Shown piece after piece: positions 58,082 through 64,000 of a stretch of DNA of 64,000 bases. The position numbers and the translations under genes were made by a program. Origin of the DNA: Neophaeotheca triangularis (Eukaryota); contig BAAIJX010000011.1 of the NCBI GenBank assembly GCA_054600435.1, positions 248,001-312,000 of the forward strand, in the 5' to 3' direction. The notes under the pieces were generated by a model. That model was not told the origin of the DNA. It saw only the letters and a list, made by a program, of their open reading frames with translations, and made no database searches. Numbering within the stretch: the stretch's first letter is position 1; each line of letters opens with the position of its first letter.

Positions 58082-59554
58082 TCAGCTACTGTTGGTAAAG
58101 TACGGGTGTTGCAATGCCTAGAGACGATGAATCGTTGTCAGCATGTCTATTGCGTCGAAAAAGACGAGCGATCCAATTCACCTCTTCTGCACTCAGCCGC
58201 TTGCCGCTTTCATACACGACGAGCTTGGCCACCAGATCCCTAGCCTCGGCGCGAGTCCCGGGCAGTATCTGTTCCCATGTTTTGGCAGGGTATTGTTTGA
58301 AATTCATCTTGCCCCAGTCAGGGTAAGTGGCGGCTTCCTGTGTCACGTGAAATTTTTATCCCAATCATTAGCGGATCCATGCTTTCTGTAACACGTGCAG
58401 GAGGGAAGTGGATGGCTCTCACCGGCCAGACGTCGAGATCCGGCGTCCCGAGAGTGGAGAAGACGCTTCGAATCAACGCGAGCTCGCTGCCGAGGTCGCC
58501 GGCATCGAAGAGCGGCTCGAGCCCGAGAGAGAGAATCTGCGCCGCCGTGCACCCGGCCGCCCACATGTCGAGTTTGGTGCCGTACGCGGTGTTTCCGAAG
58601 AGCAGCTCTGGGGGGCGGTAGCTTGTCGTTCCCACGTCGGTGATTTTGCGGTCGGCCGGCTCGGAAGACGAGGAGGCTGTGGGGGTGGGTGACCAGGCGA
58701 TGCCGAAGTCTGCGAGGTAGGCGGGACCTTGCGGGGTGGAGAGGAGGATGTTGGCGGGTTTGAGGTCGCGGTGGATGATTCCTCGAGCGTGGATGTGGGC
58801 TAGGGCTGTCAAGATGTCGTGGAGGATTGGGAGGCGGTTGGAGGGGGTGAGTTTGTTTTCTCGCATCAGGCGGACGAGGTCCCATTGTTTGAAGGGGAAG
58901 ACGAGGACTAGACGGCCGCCGGAGAGTTGGAAGGTTTCGACGAGGGTGATGACGTTGCGGCTTTGGGCTTCTGTGAGGATGCGTGCTTCGCGTGCAGAGT
59001 CGTGGGGTGGTGTCATCATGGAGGGATTCGTCACTTTCAGGGCAACTACTGGATGTTGGCCTCGCTCGTCTTTGTCGGGGCTGGCTGCTTTGAAGACTTC
59101 GGAGTAGATGCCGTCTTCGAAATGATGTGCGTTGGTGTAGCGGCCAAGTCGGGCCCCGTGTTCAGGTAGGTTCGGGGAGACATGTTCGTCTGCGTGATGG
59201 TCCTCTGGGGTCTCGAGAGGAGCCTCGCTAAGAAGGGTTAAGGCTTTCTTGGAGCACAATGCGTGGTACTCATCCTGGGAGGCACGTAGCGTGAGCTACT
59301 GGCGAGGCTCAGGGGTTAAGATGGCCGTACCAGGGAGAGTGCATCTTTCCTCGCCTGATCCTCATCGACCTTTGCGAGGGTTTTGGCTTCTGTTTGGGAA
59401 AGACTGGGATCAGAAGATTGATAGGCGGAAGTACTGGTTATGGGTCAGGTAAATGTGCTCGGAGATGTTGATATCGTAAGATATTTGCCTACATTTCAGT
59501 AATGACACCTAATCTTTCCGAGAAGCGAAGAGACTGTCTCCAATCATCTACCAT
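58082..59554 (-). CDS. CMGC Ser/Thr kinase, monomeric CDK-activating kinase (Csk1/Cak1)-like, 5 exons
   Basis: MVDDWRQSLRFSERL...|...|DEYHALCSKK, degenerate Gly loop EDGIYSEVFKA, VALK, HRDLKPAN, ADFG, DVGTTSYRPPELLFG, DMWAAG, ...|ALQHPYFTNSS*. Confidence 0.8.
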
Positions 59555-59695
59555 GATTAACTTGAAGCTCGATTGAGACCTCTAGACTACGAGGTGTTTG
59601 TATGTCGAAGGAGTACCTACTAGTAGTCAGCCCCAACCCGGGCCCTGGAGTGATGTGAACATGACTAAGCAAGGCAGCCGATGAACGACGCGGAC

Positions 59696-59701
59696 AGCTC
59701 C
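59696..59701 (-). promoter_or_regulatory. Possible Rpn4-type proteasome element (GGAGCT)
   Basis: AGCTCC 180 bp upstream of PRE2. I recall GGAGCT as enriched at filamentous-ascomycete proteasome genes. It is only 6 bp, so the evidence is weak. Confidence 0.3.
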
Positions 59702-59881
59702 AGGCAGTTGAAGCTCGCCTGCACCGCAAGATAGCAAGCTATCCATCATCAAACGAAACACTGCAACCATCTGTCCTCTGCCCACGGCTACGACTCACTC
59801 CTTCATCGTATACGCCAGCTCGAATATCTCCCGAGAAACGCACCGACTCTCAAAGGACCATCTCCTGATAAGCCACTCACC

Positions 59882-60801
59882 ATGGACGCCCTCGTAGCGC
59901 AGCACTCGCGCCCAGCATACCAACACGAAGCCTACGACAGCACCGACGAGCAAGAAGAACTCGCCCTCTCCGCCGCGCCACCACTGAATCTCAAATTCGC
60001 CCTCCCTCCCGTAACCTCACAAGCATCATGGCTGCGCGCCATGACCGACGACCACTCCAACCCGAATTGCCCCATCAAGATCGCCCACGGCACCACCACA
60101 CTTGCCTTCCGCTTCCAGGGAGGTATCATCGTGGCAACAGACTCAAGAGCATCTGCGGGTGACTGGATTGCAAGCCAGACAGTGAAGAAGGTCATCGAGA
60201 TCAACAGCTGCTTGCTCGGGACCATGGCTGGAGGTGCTGCTGTGAGTTCAAAGCTATATCGGAAATGGTATAGGGGACAAAGACTAATACTGGAAAACTA
60301 TAGGACTGTCAATACTGGCTGGCATACCTGGGCATGCAGTGTCGTCTCCACGAGCTTCGCCACAAGCGCCGCATCAGTGTCGCCGCCGCCTCCAAGATCC
60401 TCGCCAACCTCGTCTACAGCTACAAGGGCATGGGCTTGAGCATGGGTACGATGTGTGCCGGCGTGACGGCTGAGGAGGGCCCTGCGCTATACTACATCGA
60501 CAGCGACGGCACGAGATTATCCGGCAACCTATTCTGTGTTGGGTCAGGTCAGACGTTCGCGTACGGTGTATTAGATGCCGAGTACAACTACGACATGAGC
60601 GAGGAGCAGGCTTTGGAGTTGGGAAGTCGGTCGATTCTTGCGGCTACTCACAGAGATGCCTTCTCCGGTGGCTTCATCAACTTGTACCACGTCAAGGAAA
60701 GCGGATGGGTCAAGCACGGATTCACAGATGTCGGGCAGAAGTTCTGGGAGTACAAGCTCAAGAGTGGGGAGTTCAGCAACGTCACCTCTAAGCTGAATTG
60801 A
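59882..60801 (+). CDS. PRE2: 20S proteasome subunit beta-5, 2 exons
   Basis: Propeptide, then [64 protein letters not shown]. Intron about 60242-60303. Confidence 0.97.
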
Positions 60802-61850
60802 GCGGAGGTGTTGGGAGATGGGCATAGTACCTTCGCATTGAGCATGGGGGCTGGCTGGGCAAGGGCGTAAAGAGCATACAGATGAGTGTGCCACTGTAGT
60901 TTTACTAGAGATGTATTACCCGACCACCGAGCTTGCAGCGTGGCCACCTGGAAGAGGAACAGAGTCACAGAGACTACGGTGCTACGATGCCTCCAAGTAC
61001 AATGATAAGCAATCCTGAGAGTACTCAGGCAGCACATAAAACGCGGTTGCCAAATGAGCTCTGGTAGACGGATTCGGGGCATCATTGCTGTTGCTTCTGT
61101 TGATCCGCAGACCCTTGTGCCACTGCCTTTCTCTCCTCGGCAAGCTTCTGCATGTTGTATAGTATATTGTTTGCAGATCAGTATCTCAAAAGTCGAGAGG
61201 AGCAGACAACGTGGAACGACAGCCAAAACGCGTCACCTGAAGAAGCACACGCCCAGTCTTCCCGTCTCTGCCAACTTTGGAGCTGACCATCCAAACATGG
61301 AATTGTGGCCGAAGTGGAGCGGACGTGATTGGGTTCGCTTATATACCAATTCATTGCCACTGAGTTTAGCCTCGTTCTCGCCCAATAGCGCTGCCACCCT
61401 GCTCTGATATGAAGATCAATGGAAGATTGCCCTGCTAATTTCTGCACGGAGCGTGCATTCTGGCGCTGAGTTGCATCACTGTCAAACTGGCTTGAGCATG
61501 AGGACGAGTCTGAACTAGGTGACCACTGTTTGCACACGGCTAAGTACAACGTCTCTCAGTACTAGTGCTCTCTACTGCTCTCTTTACCTCTGTGTCTGGC
61601 CGTCTGCTGCAGCACACCCTCCTGCCCGTACTACTGCATTGTTGTGCTATTCCCGTACCTGCATAGCGGCGCCACTGGGAAGCTGCATACATTGTGGACC
61701 AATCTCGCCCTTAAGACTTGGGCCTACACCCCGGACCTATACCAGGGCAGAGACCAAACGCTTCTGCCGTCGTAGCTGAGCTCGACACGAGGCGACCGCG
61801 AGACTTGACTTTGCCAACAACACCTCGCTCCGATGCTACCGGCGTGAGGC

Positions 61851-64000
61851 ATGAACGGCCCCCTAGAGTGTCGGACGTCCGATATCCAGGAAGCCGAGCT
61901 CGCAGCTACTTCACCTTGCGCAAAGACATCCCCGCTGCGCAAGCAGGAACGACCGGTGCAGAGCGTGCGTTTTAGCAGCCAGGACGACGTTGTCGAGTTT
62001 GAGCGGTATCACTACGCCGACGCGGACTCCAGAAGCAGAAACGACGTCTCCCGCTTCAGAGCTACTCGTATCACGTCCACCGTCCCCACGTTGACTCAAA
62101 TGCCGTCGCCAATACCGCCGCAAGTCAGCTCCATGGCGTACCGACTATGGGCGCTCGCCTTAATACTCGCCGCTACCATGCCGCTACTCCAAGTCTCTTC
62201 TTTCTTCGCATACGGTGGCCCGGTAAAAGGTGTCAATGCACGAGTGGTGCCGGATCGTGCTACCAGAACAGCGGGGCTCAGTAAGAGACAGGACTCTTCC
62301 ACAGACGTCTGCTTCCGATGGGCGCAACAATGTAGGTCACCGTAAACACAGCAAAGACGGACAACAACTAATCGTAACCACAGCCGCCCTCGTGAACGGG
62401 ACGCTATATCTCTACGGCGGCGAAGCCATGACCGAATCGGGACAGGAGCAGAACACTTGGAACAACAACTTCCTGACTCTAGACCTGACCAGGACATGGC
62501 AAATCTCGACACCTGCACTAGAAGGCCTACCACAGCCCTCTGGGCCTCCGGCTGTCGCTTTGGGGTACTTGTGGAACTCGCGCGACTCTCTCTACCTCTA
62601 CGGTGGACAATTCTCATGGCAACCGCCTCGATCTCCCACCCCTTTCTCACTGTGGGAGTACAGTATCCCAAACGAAGAATGGATCGAGCACAGCGACCCC
62701 ACGACTTCCGAAGGCGAGAGCGCCCCCAGCGGCGGCGACGATGTGCAGAGGTCGGCTGAAGGCGCTGGCGTGACTGTGTCAGCGCTCGGCCGGGGTTTCT
62801 ATTTTGGAGGTCATCTGGATGGCTACACTACTGATGGGTGGTCACAATCGATACCTCGGATCTACTTGCAATCGCTGCTGGAATTTACCTTTCCCGGGTA
62901 CGGTAACGAGCAAGTTGATGCTTTAAGCGATGGCCAGACTGCTGGCTCTGATGGCATTTACCGTAACATCACAGAGGGTGGTCTCCAGTCGGAGTCTGGT
63001 TTCACAAAGCGTGCAGATGGCTTGCTGCTTTATGTGCCTGGTTTTGGGGACCAGGGGATTCTATTAGCACTCGCTGGCGGTACTAACGAGACTTTCACGC
63101 AAATGAATAGTATTGATGTCTACGATATTGCCACGAGCGCTTGGTACAAGCAATCTACTTCCGGCCCGACGCCTAGGATCCGGGTCAACCCATGCGCCGT
63201 AGTGGCAGCGGCTCCAGACGGCAGCTCGTACAACGTATACATGTTCGGCGGCCAAAACCTCAGACCTTTTAGAGAACAGATCCAGTACGACGACATGTGG
63301 ATACTGTCCATTCCATCTTTCACCTGGATTGAGGTTGATCAAAGCGATCAATCAGTGCCCTACGGTCGGAGCGGGCATACTTGCAACGTTTGGGACGGGC
63401 AGATGATCATGGTTGGTGGCCACGTCGAGGAGGACCTCAGCTGCGAGAGTCCGGGGATCTACGTTTTCGATCTGAGCAGCCTTCAATGGCAGCAGCGGTT
63501 TACTGCGCGCAATCCTGGTTCCGTCGAGTCGGGCTCTGGCTCCTCCGGTACCGCCAGTGCGTCAGCAGCTTCTGCTTCTGCTTCTGCCAGCTCCGGTTCC
63601 GGGGTAGAAAGCAATCCCTTCAACCAACAGCCTGCGCAACTTGCAGCTGATTCGGACGACCATGGAGGTTTAGAGGGCTCGTATGGATACGAAGTACCGG
63701 AGGCTGTCATCTCAGTTATTGGTGGCAACAAGCGAGGAGGCGCGACAGTCACGGAGCCAGTGCAGACAGCGTCGGATGGTCCATTGGCAACAGGCTCACC
63801 GAAGACCTACACTGTGACGGACTCGGCCGGGGCAGTAGTTACTCAGACATCTTCACCAGACTCCTCCCAAGACAACAACGCCAGCTCAGAAGACGGGTCC
63901 AATTCCAGCACCTCCGGATCCACCGGCCCAAACGTCGGCGCAATCATCGCGGGTGTCATCGCCGGCGTCTGCTTCTTGGCAGCCTGCTACCTCGCCTTCT
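61851..64000 (+). CDS. Kelch/galactose-oxidase-type beta-propeller single-pass membrane protein (3' end beyond window)
   Basis: Hydrophobic LWALALILAATMPLL, CFRWAQQ|SALVNGTLYLYGG, LYLYGGQF, FYFGGHLD, VYMFGGQ, GRSGHTC, TM NVGAIIAGVIAGVCFLAACYLAF at the window edge. Start may be 61851, 62100 or 62133. Confidence 0.85.

Overview
Gene-dense, GC-rich eukaryotic DNA from a filamentous ascomycete. Short GT-AG introns with CTAAC/CTGAC branch points, a DIM-2 methyltransferase and the F-box family style suggest a Dothideomycete (inference). About 25 protein-coding genes can be read, mostly housekeeping: UBC4, glutaryl-CoA dehydrogenase, FEN1, CYSTM protein, diaminopropionate ammonia-lyase-like enzyme, OXP1, UBA4, Elongin A, THOC7, yippee, F-box, TBCA, MCM4, DIM-2, flotillin, a hypothetical protein, PYM, QCR9, UBR1, MIT-domain protein, a secreted protein, P450, CAK-like kinase, PRE2 and a kelch membrane protein. 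The most notable signal is a 668-bp non-autonomous hAT-type transposon (perfect 19-bp TIRs, perfect 8-bp TSD, RIP-like transitions) about 240 bp upstream of an intact dim-2 gene. There are also two candidate structured RNAs (intergenic at about 21.2-21.45 kb with a Pol III B-box, and inside a 636-nt intron), a probable GC-AG intron, a three-exon secreted protein only partly seen in the ORF track, and recurrent C-rich to G-rich skew flips. No CRISPR, rRNA or complete tRNA was recognised. All gene calls come from motif recognition by eye; no database search was run.
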